Origin: a phage
Assembly: GCA_024682255.1 (NCBI GenBank)
Contig: GCA_024682255.1_4716.1
Reading direction: 5' to 3' (one strand)
DNA: 64,000 nucleotides
The notes beneath the pieces were generated by a model. The model did not search any database, was not told the DNA's origin, and saw only the letters and a program-made list of their open reading frames with translations. Below, one piece after another: positions 38,737 through 48,618 of this stretch; the first letter of the stretch is position 1, and each line of letters begins with the position of its first letter. Made by a program: the position numbers and the translations under genes.

Positions 38737-38768
38737 CCCCTCTATCTCGACAAAGCGAGATAGAGGGG
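38737..38768 (-). terminator. perfect 13-bp stem hairpin after the 1198-aa gene
   Basis: CCCCTCTATCTCG-acaaag-CGAGATAGAGGGG between 38829 and 38623. Confidence 0.5.
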
Positions 38769-38828
38769 AGGATAATACGATTATGCTGCCGCACTCCAAA
38801 GTTCATGGGGCGGTAACCGCCCCATCGG

Positions 38829-41800
38829 TTAAATGGTTGGTTTTACATCACGTAATAAGGCAATATAATAGCCTAATCCTCGGAGGATCTCCCCACTCCA
38901 GAAACCAAAATACATTCCGTCTCTGCCGAGATTAGCGCTATCTGGTGCAGGACTCCACCCACCATTCATTACGTCGTCAACAGTGTAATGGTTGATGTAG
39001 TTCTCAACGATTTCGTTATAAGCATTAACCGCAACAGAATAGCCTTTATCGTTGGGATGTCCGTACAACATTGCTAACGACGCACCCGCCAACCATAATC
39101 CCGCCATGTGACCAGTAAAGTCATTAGGGATAAAAGCAGGGGGTTTATCCATCGGAAAATCCGTAGGGGATTGATAAGCGTTTTCCTGTTGATACGTAAA
39201 CAAGAAATCGATCCAATGACTGATGTAAGTGGTTAATTTCTCAGGGACAGCCAAACCATGATCAAGCAGCCCAGCATAAAGCCTCACCGCTGAGAAGAAA
39301 GCCCTCGGCTGATAACCGGACCATGCCGTCTGATCGCCGAAGTGGTACATCGTAAAATCGTTAACTTTTGATCCGCTTGGCGCATCCCAACGATCCCACA
39401 CGTACGCACTTGCCCCTGGCCCTAAAACCCCGAATTTCTGATAATACCACTGTTGTGAGTCATACCAGAAATTCACAACGTTCTGAATCATGAGGTCACG
39501 TCGTTCAGTCGGTACTTCCATATCCAGGAAGACCCATGGATGTTGGTAGCCGGGATAAGGCTGACCACGCCAACTGTCGAACGTCGGTGCGTTAGGGATA
39601 TAGTTGTTCGAGAACGGAATAATACCCGGAGTATAAGGCAACGGATCGAGACGTTGGTTAACGATCGTGCAATCACCAACACGTAATGTTCCCTCTGCCT
39701 CAAAGGTTGCTTTTAACGTAAACAACATGGTATATCCGTCATCCGTGGTGTATGTTGACGGTGGATTGTTGATGGCGTAAAGCTTAAATACCCCTTCAGC
39801 GATATCGCTGTCGTCAGGCAAGAACAGAATTTCAGTTGAGCCATCGCCCCACACAGGTGCAGAAGGTCTAGGGTCAGTATCAGTGTGGTTCGGTTGATAC
39901 CCTGAGAGCGTCCATCCGTTCGTCGAAAGCGTCAGCGTATTTCTTGCTGTGGTAGCCGGTAGCATCTGCCACCATCGCCAACCATTTGCATCTTCTACAC
40001 GAACGTTGTAGTCAATCGACGCGAAATAACTGACCTGCCTTACGATCTGTTTTGCGGTTGGATTGAATTCAAATTGCCCGCCTGCTGCAGTAAGCTGTGC
40101 TTTTAGGAACAACCCATCCCAGGAATCTTCCACTGCTTCGCTGAATTCTGTTGTGATGGCGACATCATCTTTCCAGCCGACTTTATCAGCCGATACCAAC
40201 ACAGAACCTGTAACAGCATCACCGGTTGGTGTTGATGCTTCATCAACCGCATCAGCAGGAATCAACGAGCCTATTTTGAAATCCCATCCTTTCGGTTCAG
40301 CGCTGGAAGGTAATACCAGTTTGTACGTTTTGGCGTTCGCTTCGGTTTTGTCCAAAGAAAGCGATAATGAGATCTCAACCGGAATTGCGACACCGGCTGT
40401 ATCTTTACCTCCGCAGGTTACACGAAGAATTGAATCCCGATTTACGCGGAACGGAATGGCCTGCTGCTCAAGGTAAATTTGTGCTGAAGATGCTTGAATC
40501 ACGATCCAGCCATCGGTATCACGCGTGATTGTAAATGGTGCTTTCGATGGGTATGTATACGTGTAAGCGATACCGTCGGTGTCGTAACGATCGGTTCCTT
40601 TTACCTGACGGAAGAACTTATCGTTGGCGTCGATACGGGTATATTCTTCAATCGTAAACAACGATGCCTTGTACGCTTTCTGATAGCGCTCCTGCTGCGT
40701 TAAACGATATAAGGTGTAGGCTGCTTCACAAAACCACTGTTCGGCGTCTGATGCGTTTCCCATGTAGTCTCTGGTGACCGGCACCTGGATCGGTCGGTTA
40801 TGCTGACATTCGTTTGTTTTGATGAGGTATCCACCATATTCAACAGGAACGCGGGGTGCCCATGCAACCAAGTAAGAACCGCTGACGGATTTATCTTTGA
40901 GTACGATGGTACCTACTTCATCGTCGGTACACGCTTCAAGATCGTCTCCGTCAGCACTTACGTAACGTTTTGTGCGTAACGCAACTTTCTCGATAGGGAA
41001 CACCGTACCCTTTGTATCCCAGTCAATTGTCCCATCATCATTGGTTTTGAACACATCCGCGTTCAAATTCTGCCAGCCGAGTTTACCCTCATAGACCTGA
41101 ACAACAAGATCCATGTATTCCCCGAACGTGGGCGCGCCATGTGTTATTTTTCCGATACCGTTGGTGAATGTAACCGCTGTGTCATGGAAACCGCCATGTG
41201 TTGGGTAATCGTCTTTTGCAAGAGGATAATGGGCCAACACAGGTTGTTTACCATTAACAATCCAGTTAGCGATCCAGCGTGCTGGTGTATCCGGTGGTTC
41301 AAGGCCTGCATAGAACGCATTTATATACGCATCGAACGATGCCTCCGCTAATGTGAGATAATGCGCTTTAAGCTTGGTATCATCCGTTGTATGACTGAAT
41401 ATACCCGCACCCAGAATTAACAACGACTGTCCTTCTGTTGTTGCGTCACCGTCCGGTTGTGCTTCTTGTCGTGTTGCTGCAATGAAATGACGGTTGTTTA
41501 CCATGACTCCGCTTTCATTTAACACGTAATGATCGGTTTCTGGATCGGTAAACGTTCCTGTGTTTCGGGTTAAGAATCTTGCATGACCATAACCAACGAA
41601 ATTAACCGGCGACGCCGTAAGCACCCATTTACCGATAAGTTGAGCGACGTCATTATAACGCTCCGATGCGGTGATTTGTTTCACGTACCAATCTTTACGG
41701 TTAAATGTCCAGAGCAAGAAGTAATAGGTCGTATTGATTTCCATTACCGGAAACGTTGGTGTTAACGGCTCCAGCGTTAAGTAGTTGCTCCAATCAATCT

Positions 41801-42425
41801 GTCCACCAACAACCGATGAGGTAATCTCTAATAACTGACACCATTCATAACGGTTCGGTACACTACTGGACGTTGTTGGTAAAGGTAACTTGTATACGCC
41901 AGTACGATTCAGATCGAACGCTTTTCTAGCCGATCCTAAATCAACATAAATACTCGATGATGCGCTTGCATCAGATGCCTCCAAAGCACCTAGCGTTGAC
42001 CGATACATTGAGATGAACAACGTATCTTTCCAGTAAGGGTTATCCTCGGTTGGTTCTAAAGCGATTTGTGCGGAGATGCTGTTCCATGTCCCTAACTGGT
42101 ATGCTGCATTTAAAGATTCTTCCGTGAAATAACTTTCCGCAATCGCCAGATGGAACTGTTCATTCAATAACGCGAGTGCACTGCGACCGGTAACATCCTC
42201 ATTACCGGTTTCTTTTTTCATGATCGCGCCGAACGGAAACAGTGTCGCGAATGACCGTTTTGGTTTATTAACCGTAATCGTCCCCGTGTAGTTTCCAACA
42301 CCGTCAAGTTTTTGACTATCGCCAACAGCAGTGACTGCGATACCATCAGCCGGGATATCTGTTTTATTTAGTACATTGAGTTGGTCAACCAGATCCTGCT
42401 TATCGTCGGGTAAGAATGTCGCCAT
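38829..42425 (-). CDS. giant tailspike-like protein (1198 aa), possible polysaccharide-degrading domain
   Basis: ATG with AAGGTGGAG upstream; aromatic-rich C-terminal region; any enzymatic assignment is inference only. Confidence 0.55.
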   Translation of the reverse strand: MATFLPDDKQDLVDQLNVLNKTDIPADGIAVTAVGDSQKLDGVGNYTGTITVNKPKRSFATLFPFGAIMKKETGNEDVTGRSALALLNEQFHLAIAESYFTEESLNAAYQLGTWNSISAQIALEPTEDNPYWKDTLFISMYRSTLGALEASDASASSSIYVDLGSARKAFDLNRTGVYKLPLPTTSSSVPNRYEWCQLLEITSSVVGGQIDWSNYLTLEPLTPTFPVMEINTTYYFLLWTFNRKDWYVKQITASERYNDVAQLIGKWVLTASPVNFVGYGHARFLTRNTGTFTDPETDHYVLNESGVMVNNRHFIAATRQEAQPDGDATTEGQSLLILGAGIFSHTTDDTKLKAHYLTLAEASFDAYINAFYAGLEPPDTPARWIANWIVNGKQPVLAHYPLAKDDYPTHGGFHDTAVTFTNGIGKITHGAPTFGEYMDLVVQVYEGKLGWQNLNADVFKTNDDGTIDWDTKGTVFPIEKVALRTKRYVSADGDDLEACTDDEVGTIVLKDKSVSGSYLVAWAPRVPVEYGGYLIKTNECQHNRPIQVPVTRDYMGNASDAEQWFCEAAYTLYRLTQQERYQKAYKASLFTIEEYTRIDANDKFFRQVKGTDRYDTDGIAYTYTYPSKAPFTITRDTDGWIVIQASSAQIYLEQQAIPFRVNRDSILRVTCGGKDTAGVAIPVEISLSLSLDKTEANAKTYKLVLPSSAEPKGWDFKIGSLIPADAVDEASTPTGDAVTGSVLVSADKVGWKDDVAITTEFSEAVEDSWDGLFLKAQLTAAGGQFEFNPTAKQIVRQVSYFASIDYNVRVEDANGWRWWQMLPATTARNTLTLSTNGWTLSGYQPNHTDTDPRPSAPVWGDGSTEILFLPDDSDIAEGVFKLYAINNPPSTYTTDDGYTMLFTLKATFEAEGTLRVGDCTIVNQRLDPLPYTPGIIPFSNNYIPNAPTFDSWRGQPYPGYQHPWVFLDMEVPTERRDLMIQNVVNFWYDSQQWYYQKFGVLGPGASAYVWDRWDAPSGSKVNDFTMYHFGDQTAWSGYQPRAFFSAVRLYAGLLDHGLAVPEKLTTYISHWIDFLFTYQQENAYQSPTDFPMDKPPAFIPNDFTGHMAGLWLAGASLAMLYGHPNDKGYSVAVNAYNEIVENYINHYTVDDVMNGGWSPAPDSANLGRDGMYFGFWSGEILRGLGYYIALLRDVKPTI

Positions 42426-42438
42426 TATTTACTCCACC

Positions 42439-43269
42439 TTAATCGTAACTAAAATAAAGTTTGCTGCTGACGCCGCTATCGGAATGAGGTTTTAATACCA
42501 GAACAGAACTTCCGAACGACGGAAGTATTGGAACATTTAAATCGTTTGCGTCGGCAACTTTTCCATTATAAACGACACTGGCTGTTGTGATGAGTTCCCA
42601 AGCCGAGGCATAACTCATTGAAATCAGCGATGAGGCTAAACGGAATGCGTTGTATCCTTCTGGAGTATCTCCAACTGACATCGAACGTATCGCATCTTGC
42701 GGCGGTAAATTTAGCTTGATGCCGTAGGTACTGAATGTGTGGAAATCCCCTTGTTTACTATCTTCTGGATAGTACGAGGTTAGTGGTTCTCGCACCGTAA
42801 ACAGTTCGCTAATATCGGTACTTACCGCTTTTCGTGCGAGGAATTGAAACGTACCGTACCACGATGCTGATGCATCAGAACGAACGGGAACAGATATGGT
42901 TTTCTCGCCGCTTTCAAATTTAACCTGTGATGCTAACGCTGAAGAATCAAAGATCGTTAAATCGATCTTCAGCCCATACTTCTTAAACAGCTGCGTTAAG
43001 CAATCTGCTATCGTCGTCTTATCAGCAACGACAATAAAAGGTTGGTGTTTGATAAAGAGCTTATTAATGTCACGACGTTGAAGATAAACCTGTACGGGGT
43101 CTTCGATATAGTAAGTCGATTGTGGTGTGGGGACTATAGAAAGGCGTAACCGACCTGATGCACCATACCAGGCTGGCGTTAACGTAATGTCTGACAGGGA
43201 TAACGGATGCTGGAGATAGGTGTTTATTTTAGATAACACTTCCTCCTGCCATGATGCTTCAGGATACAT
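42439..43269 (-). CDS. fibre anchor-domain protein (276 aa), paralog of the 870-aa protein N-terminus
   Basis: RRDINKLFIKHQPFIVVADKTTIADCLTQLFKKYGLKIDLTIFD aligns with the anchor region of the other two paralogs; ATG with GAGGT upstream. Confidence 0.55.
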   Translation of the reverse strand: MYPEASWQEEVLSKINTYLQHPLSLSDITLTPAWYGASGRLRLSIVPTPQSTYYIEDPVQVYLQRRDINKLFIKHQPFIVVADKTTIADCLTQLFKKYGLKIDLTIFDSSALASQVKFESGEKTISVPVRSDASASWYGTFQFLARKAVSTDISELFTVREPLTSYYPEDSKQGDFHTFSTYGIKLNLPPQDAIRSMSVGDTPEGYNAFRLASSLISMSYASAWELITTASVVYNGKVADANDLNVPILPSFGSSVLVLKPHSDSGVSSKLYFSYD

Positions 43270-43353
43270 GCTGACCTCATAGATGATCGTTGATAGGAAA
43301 GAGACCTAATTCATACCATGGGAACCTTAAAAAAAAAAAGAAAAATAGGAAAA

Positions 43354-43383
43354 CGGTGTTCATCCCTAAAAGGATGAACACCG
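43354..43383 (-). terminator. rho-independent terminator (12-bp perfect stem + T-run)
   Basis: CGGTGTTCATCC-ctaaaa-GGATGAACACCG followed on minus strand by a long T-run (plus strand shows aaaaaaaaaagaaaaa). Confidence 0.75.
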
Positions 43384-43403
43384 CGTACCGTTATATCGAA
43401 CGA

Positions 43404-43979
43404 TTAGTAAGGAATCAGATCGTTAAGCTTTTCTTCTTCAATGACAAAGAAGTTGTTCTGGTCGTCTAAATCTGTTAACAGGACTTGCCCAACAGTAAAG
43501 CAAGTGCCGCCTTTCTTAGGCACCCATACAGGCTCGTTCGTTACCTTATCGGGATACCATTTGAAACGATTGGTATCTAAGAAGAACGCTGCTTTGTTCG
43601 CTTTATCAGTTGAACGATAGCTAACTAGCGCAGGCCACTCAATCCAGGTGTTTGTGCACGGCACATGTAAAGGATACCATGCGCGCCAGCGTTTGCCTGG
43701 CCTGTTAGGATCAACCCAATACTCGGCAGTCAATACAGCATCTTTATAATGTTTCTGCATTAACATTTCGAGCACAAGCTCATTGCCTTTTGATGCGTCT
43801 AACGTCACTTCCGTCATATAAAGCGATTTAGGTAATTCAGACTGTTTTGCGGGTGTTACAACACCGGTAACCAACGGTCTGCTCGGTTTACGTTTCTGTT
43901 CTTTCCGACGTGTGTAAAAGAATAGTCCGACAGATACGGCAACAAGTATAATAAACAACACTACCTTAATCCAATTCAT
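43404..43979 (-). CDS. membrane-anchored protein (191 aa, N-terminal TM)
   Basis: MNWIKVVLFIILVAVSVGLFFYTRRK; ATG overlaps upstream stop (ATGA). Confidence 0.55.
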   Translation of the reverse strand: MNWIKVVLFIILVAVSVGLFFYTRRKEQKRKPSRPLVTGVVTPAKQSELPKSLYMTEVTLDASKGNELVLEMLMQKHYKDAVLTAEYWVDPNRPGKRWRAWYPLHVPCTNTWIEWPALVSYRSTDKANKAAFFLDTNRFKWYPDKVTNEPVWVPKKGGTCFTVGQVLLTDLDDQNNFFVIEEEKLNDLIPY

Positions 43980-44725
43980 TCGTCAATATCTCCTTCTACA
44001 AACAGAGTCAATTTGATTTCAGGGTCATAGAACATAGTAATCACATCATCCTGCTCTACTGAACGCTGTGCTGTCCATATTAACTGTTCATCCCGAATAT
44101 CAAATTTATGTCGTTCGTCACTCACCACAGCTTCCGCATCAACGTAATGGTAAACCTCACCGAGAGGATTCTCAATCCAACCGCGTACCATCAAACGTTC
44201 TTTTTGTTTACGTGTAAAGAAGCGATAAGGATCTTCGCACGTGCGCCACACGTCCCCGTTCTCGTTAACCAGCTCATCATAAACTTTAGAGAGTTCGTCA
44301 GGTACCGGAATCAAAATGTTATCTTGATAGTTAGACCAGAAACGACGTACGTCTTGGATCAACTCATCGTCTGGGAGTTTAGTCGCTATGTTACTATAAT
44401 CGATTTCAACAGTATCGATATCAGGACGGGTAAACGGAAGAGCGTCTAGATTTCCCACCATGACCTCGATACTATCATGATGAACACGAATCCATCCATC
44501 GAACCATCTATACCCATCAGCTTGATATAACGTTGTATGATAAGTGACGACGTTAATGTCTTCGAACGATTCTAATAAGGCTTTAGCGGCTAAAAGCGGC
44601 GAAAAGTTCTTTGATTGTCCTGGTTTACGTATTTCTTCTTTGATGAACAATTTACCAAGCGCCGGGTGTTCGATAACAAAACCACAGGAGAGCATGATGC
44701 TTCCTTGATAACGTGCTTCTTGCAT
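43976..44725 (-). CDS. hypothetical protein (~249 aa)
   Basis: Internal ATG (MQEARYQ...) has AAGGA 8 nt upstream; track start at 44764 is also an ATG but lacks an SD. Confidence 0.5.
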   Translation of the reverse strand: MQEARYQGSIMLSCGFVIEHPALGKLFIKEEIRKPGQSKNFSPLLAAKALLESFEDINVVTYHTTLYQADGYRWFDGWIRVHHDSIEVMVGNLDALPFTRPDIDTVEIDYSNIATKLPDDELIQDVRRFWSNYQDNILIPVPDELSKVYDELVNENGDVWRTCEDPYRFFTRKQKERLMVRGWIENPLGEVYHYVDAEAVVSDERHKFDIRDEQLIWTAQRSVEQDDVITMFYDPEIKLTLFVEGDIDE

Positions 44726-44801
44726 TTTCCATTCCTTAAACAAAGTGTGTCTTTTACGCGACATGATTACAAGTACACAGGTTACTGAATTTCTGTAAAA
44801 G

Positions 44802-45302
44802 TTAATGTTTGTTCTTTACGAACTCTATCGCCTCCAGAATACCAGCGTTTAATCGTTGACCGCGTTCCTCCATTGTCCCACCATCGCGATGTTTGAAATT
44901 AACCGAGTGGATATCCCAAGCCCAGTAATGTGTCTCCGGCGTGTCGTCTTCTTTGGTGGGATCGCTCAATCTGTTAACCCCAATTCGCCAAATATAATCA
45001 GCGGGTTGTCGTCGTAAGCATTCACCTATAGCGTCTATATAAGACAACCCTTCGGTCGTCACAGCGACGACAACGTGTGGGTGTTTTTTGACTTCTTTGG
45101 TTGTTTGTTTGCCGTCCAATGTCACGCTGATCTTTTGAATTTCGTGTCCTTCGCACGACCATATCGGTGCAATACCTGGCGCATCTAACAACGCCTGGCA
45201 TGCGGGTAATATACCAGGTTCAATGACTCCTTCCTTGATAGCCATCCATGCACGTTCTTTGAATTTCGCTAATTGTTCTTCGGTGACAACAAAAGAAAAC
45301 AT
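44802..45302 (-). CDS. hypothetical protein (~166 aa)
   Basis: ATG (MFSFVV...) with AAGGAG 6 nt upstream; track start at 45332 is a GTG. Confidence 0.55.
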   Translation of the reverse strand: MFSFVVTEEQLAKFKERAWMAIKEGVIEPGILPACQALLDAPGIAPIWSCEGHEIQKISVTLDGKQTTKEVKKHPHVVVAVTTEGLSYIDAIGECLRRQPADYIWRIGVNRLSDPTKEDDTPETHYWAWDIHSVNFKHRDGGTMEERGQRLNAGILEAIEFVKNKH

Positions 45303-45374
45303 GATTACTCCTTTCTGGTTCTTCCCCTCCACAGCCTCAGGAAGAGAAGAACCGTTTGCTAAGTTGCTAAGTAA

Positions 45375-45632
45375 TTAAAATGCGTTGATTGGGTTGTTCA
45401 GCGCTTTATCGCGGATTTGAATCGCCGCCAGCATTGCTTTCTGGTACGAATCGTAAGCATCAACAGAAACCGTCATATCAACCAATTTCTCTAATACGGA
45501 TTCAGCCGCTTTTACGCGGATGCGGAACTTGGTGATGGCGTTATCTTTGTTACGATAAACCGTGATGTGGTGCAACGGTTGAACGTTAGTTTTATTCGTT
45601 TTAACGGATTTAGTTGCTTTGATCGTTTTCAT
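45375..45632 (-). CDS. small basic protein (85 aa)
   Basis: ATG with GAAGGAAA upstream; Lys-rich N-terminus. Confidence 0.5.
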   Translation of the reverse strand: MKTIKATKSVKTNKTNVQPLHHITVYRNKDNAITKFRIRVKAAESVLEKLVDMTVSVDAYDSYQKAMLAAIQIRDKALNNPINAF

Positions 45633-45686
45633 GGTGATTTCCTTCTTTATTAGGATGATTACATTTAGTCAGTTTAACAGCATAAA

Positions 45687-45711
45687 CCCTTCCTGCCTTA
45701 CGCAGGAAGGG
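45687..45711 (-). terminator. hairpin after the endolysin gene (CCCTTCCTGC / GCAGGAAGGG)
   Basis: Perfect 10-bp stem, 5-nt loop, 15 nt downstream of the gene ending at 45726. Confidence 0.55.
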
Positions 45712-45725
45712 CATACGGATTTGTT

Positions 45726-46223
45726 TTACGTGTGTCGTCGTTTACCAAAGAAAATGTGACTGTCTACCACGGTGATATTGGTAGCATGTTTTCTGAAATG
45801 TTTAGGGCGAAGATGTTTCGCGTTAAAGAATACGGCTCCTCGTGTTGGGTCGGCTTTATGGTAAGCCGCAATGTCAATATAACGTAATGTTGCGACCTCT
45901 CGCGCTATTGCTCTTGCTCGCTCAAAAGCAGCATGATCGCGTATGACAATACGCCTTTGTTTTGTCCAGGGGAATTGACCTCTTTGCAGTACGACGTCTT
46001 TGACGTTCGTAGGGAATCGGTAGTCCATAGATCGATTATGTATTAAAAACGCCACGGAGTATTGCCCTTTTACAGATTCGCCTCTGGCTTCCATATACAC
46101 AGCACATGCGACGATCTCTTTCCGGCAATCGATTCTAGGTCCTGCGTTCACTGATGCTTGACTGAACGGTGTGATAAGCAACATAACAAGCCCTAAAATC
46201 AACGTGTGTAAAATACCTTGCAT
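45726..46223 (-). CDS. SleB/CwlJ-type cell wall hydrolase with N-terminal signal or SAR sequence (endolysin candidate)
   Basis: CAVYMEARGES ... LQRGQFPWTK resemble the Hydrolase_2 family; hydrophobic N-terminus MQGILHTLILGLVMLLITPFSQA. Confidence 0.65.
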   Translation of the reverse strand: MQGILHTLILGLVMLLITPFSQASVNAGPRIDCRKEIVACAVYMEARGESVKGQYSVAFLIHNRSMDYRFPTNVKDVVLQRGQFPWTKQRRIVIRDHAAFERARAIAREVATLRYIDIAAYHKADPTRGAVFFNAKHLRPKHFRKHATNITVVDSHIFFGKRRHT

Positions 46224-46475
46224 CTTAATAACCTCACGATAAGGTGCTGTCCACTGGCGTCTTGATAACGCATCCCATCATCGGGTTGTTCTATTCAGCG
46301 GGCAGCAGGTTAGCGTCAGATGTTTGCCCGACATCCACGACAGAAATAAGCGGTACTGAAATTACGGTCTCCTCTGGTTTGGCAATAAACATAACGTTGG
46401 ATAACAGAACCCATTTCCCGCATCCAACGCGGTAAAGGTGTACATCGTTTGAATTCATATAGTTTCTCAAAGATG

Positions 46476-46787
46476 TTAACCTCTACCGTCAAGCCATAGG
46501 TTGTATTTATCCCGAACATACGGATCGCGATAAATACGTCGATAGACTTGATGTGGTATAAACTTGCAATGTACGAGTTCATCGCTTAATTTATGCCGTC
46601 GTTCCACACCGTTGTGAATACGACGTATCTCCCGGATATTAAAGGTTGTTTTATTCAAGAGAATAGACATAATGGCGGATCGATGATCCAGATTAAAGAT
46701 CGCCATCACGCTTCGTATCTCACGTAAAACAACTTCTCTATCGACAAGGATGCGATTAGTTAACTTAAGATTCTCCGTGATACCCAT
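46476..46787 (-). CDS. basic hypothetical protein (~103 aa); start uncertain
   Basis: Track frame 46476..46844 begins at a GTG; internal ATG with GAGGA upstream; overlaps another track ORF (46316..46582), so gene model is uncertain. Confidence 0.35.
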   Translation of the reverse strand: MGITENLKLTNRILVDREVVLREIRSVMAIFNLDHRSAIMSILLNKTTFNIREIRRIHNGVERRHKLSDELVHCKFIPHQVYRRIYRDPYVRDKYNLWLDGRG

Positions 46788-47136
46788 AACCTTCATCCTC
46801 GACACGTCGACACATCGGTAAAAATAAACACCAGCTTGTTGCACTGAGGATCGCCGTTGCGATGATATTTGCGATATCGCTCAGTCGGGCATCGACCTGC
46901 CACATAACAAGCATAAAAAGAACGTATGCGAACCCATACACGACAAACCGTCTGATGTTACGCGTCGACCACGTACAAATATACAAAAGGGGAAGCTGCC
47001 CTATAACACAAACGATGGTTCGGATAACGTAATAAACGCGTTCCGTCGTTGTTTCAAAATCGATATTCGTTGCAGAAATCCCGATCATTATAAAAGTGAA
47101 AATGAAATAGATTTTTGCGTATGTCTTTAAACTCAT
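46765..47136 (-). CDS. polytopic membrane protein (123 aa, about 4 TM)
   Basis: Hydrophobic segments IYFIFTFIMIGI, VIGQLPLLYICTW, VVYGFAYVLFMLVMW, ATAILSATSWCLFL; part of the lysis-type cluster. Confidence 0.5.
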   Translation of the reverse strand: MSLKTYAKIYFIFTFIMIGISATNIDFETTTERVYYVIRTIVCVIGQLPLLYICTWSTRNIRRFVVYGFAYVLFMLVMWQVDARLSDIANIIATAILSATSWCLFLPMCRRVEDEGYGYHGES

Positions 47137-47152
47137 GGCTTTTCCCGATCGT

Positions 47153-47347
47153 TTATTTGTGTTTTCCTACATTCCTCAACAAGGTAACGATAACGAATAC
47201 CGCTATCATCAAGAAGACGAACCATAACCCTACGTTAATTCGGGCGGCTGGTACATCCACCATGAAGAACATCGTCCCACAAAACCCAATGACTATCCAT
47301 GCTAGAACCATCCCTGTTAATCCCCGCAGCAACTTAAGCCAGATCAT
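47153..47347 (-). CDS. small two-TM membrane protein (64 aa), holin-like
   Basis: ATG (MIWLKLL...) with AAGGAG 7 nt upstream; two hydrophobic helices and charged C-terminus (RNVGKHK). Confidence 0.5.
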   Translation of the reverse strand: MIWLKLLRGLTGMVLAWIVIGFCGTMFFMVDVPAARINVGLWFVFLMIAVFVIVTLLRNVGKHK

Positions 47348-47520
47348 AAACTTCTCCTTACTTTTTCTGATAAAGCGATGATTCAAATTTTAGAAACATC
47401 CCTAATGCGAATGCGAGTAATAACGCACGTATCCACATACCTCCTTGACAACTGTTGTACAACATAAAGACCAGAGCGATGCCGCCCATATGCAGGCGGC
47501 ACTTATCGAACAGTGTTGGT

Positions 47521-47730
47521 TTATACATAAGAGATCAATCGTTGAATGATTTTTACTTTGCCTTTACCTGGGCCTTTCTTGCGGCGATTCAACAGACGGA
47601 TACTGTTTCCAGTTACGGTGTCGCCATCATAATCAGCCCGGAACTGTGATAAAAAAGCAGGTTGTATCTGATCGACACCAGGATTGCTGTAGAAAGGATT
47701 GAGACTTAAAAGAGGGTTAGCTGGAATCAT
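47521..47730 (-). CDS. small hypothetical protein (~69 aa)
   Basis: ATG with AAGGA 8 nt upstream; track start is a TTG. Confidence 0.4.
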   Translation of the reverse strand: MIPANPLLSLNPFYSNPGVDQIQPAFLSQFRADYDGDTVTGNSIRLLNRRKKGPGKGKVKIIQRLISYV

Positions 47731-47748
47731 CGTATCGTCCTTACTCAA

Positions 47749-48099
47749 TTATTTACCCAGATAGAGGTATTCACCACCCTGAACAACACCGGTTGCTGGA
47801 TCAACAAGTATACGAACCCGCGCGTAGGTCTTGAAAGAGGGGTTGAAGACTTCGAAGTCTGCCACTTTCAATTTCACGCTGGGGTTGGTAGGGTTCTTAA
47901 CTCCGGGAAGTTCTTTCGGGGTACCGAAATCAACACCACATTCTTCAAGGTCTGCTGGCGTCATGCTCTCCATGGCCATGTAGATTGCTTTTGCTTTATC
48001 GTAAACTTCCGGGCTATCCAGCAACCCAGCCTGTGCTGAACCGACAACACTACCGAACAGAATAGCAACAGCAACAAACAATTTAGTTAACGTTTTCAT
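47749..48099 (-). CDS. secreted protein (116 aa, cleavable signal peptide)
   Basis: MKTLTKLFVAVAILFGSVVGSAQA signal peptide; GAGGAAAA upstream. Confidence 0.6.
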   Translation of the reverse strand: MKTLTKLFVAVAILFGSVVGSAQAGLLDSPEVYDKAKAIYMAMESMTPADLEECGVDFGTPKELPGVKNPTNPSVKLKVADFEVFNPSFKTYARVRILVDPATGVVQGGEYLYLGK

Positions 48100-48135
48100 G
48101 ATATTTTCCTCGAAAGTAAAATGTTACAATACCTA

Positions 48136-48558
48136 TTAACGTACGGCCGCTACGCTGTTAGCGCATGCCTGAATATCATCGGTATTTACGATGATGGTTT
48201 CGTTAAACGCACGAATACGCGCACGACGTGCTTCTTTAAGGCTGGCGATTGCGCTAGCAGCTTGATCTGTATTCGCAAGGCTAATAACCGGGATCAAACG
48301 CATATCGGGACTGCAGATATTCAATGCTTGGTATACACGTCCATTGATTCCTACGGTATCAGACATCGGATAGTGCGCACGGCATTGAAATTGACCCATG
48401 ACAACAAGCGAACGATCGGAGATACCAATCTGATAACGACCGTCTTCGCTGTAGGCGTAACAGTTATTCCCACGAGCCATCCAGTTAGCCTGTGCTTGCG
48501 TGCTAACAAAAGCCAGAGTGGTGACGATAGCGAATGCGATATTTTTGAACAGTTTCAT
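48136..48558 (-). CDS. secreted protein (140 aa, cleavable signal peptide)
   Basis: MKLFKNIAFAIVTTLAFVSTQAQA signal peptide; GAGGA upstream. Confidence 0.6.
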   Translation of the reverse strand: MKLFKNIAFAIVTTLAFVSTQAQANWMARGNNCYAYSEDGRYQIGISDRSLVVMGQFQCRAHYPMSDTVGINGRVYQALNICSPDMRLIPVISLANTDQAASAIASLKEARRARIRAFNETIIVNTDDIQACANSVAAVR

Positions 48559-48595
48559 GATAAAGATCCTCGTTGAAATAAAATCGGTATAAAGG

Positions 48596-48613
48596 CCCCC
48601 CCATTTAGGGGGA
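48596..48613 (-). terminator. short hairpin (CCCCC-attta-GGGGG)
   Basis: G/C runs flanking ATTTA between genes 48619..48936 and 48136..48558. Confidence 0.35.
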
Positions 48614-48618
48614 CCTGA

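Noticed and set aside
46316-46582. 88-aa ORF overlapping 46476..46787 in the lysis region
   Set aside because: Overlaps a neighbouring frame by over 100 nt, with no clear RBS or membrane/signal features; cannot decide which frame is real without expression data.
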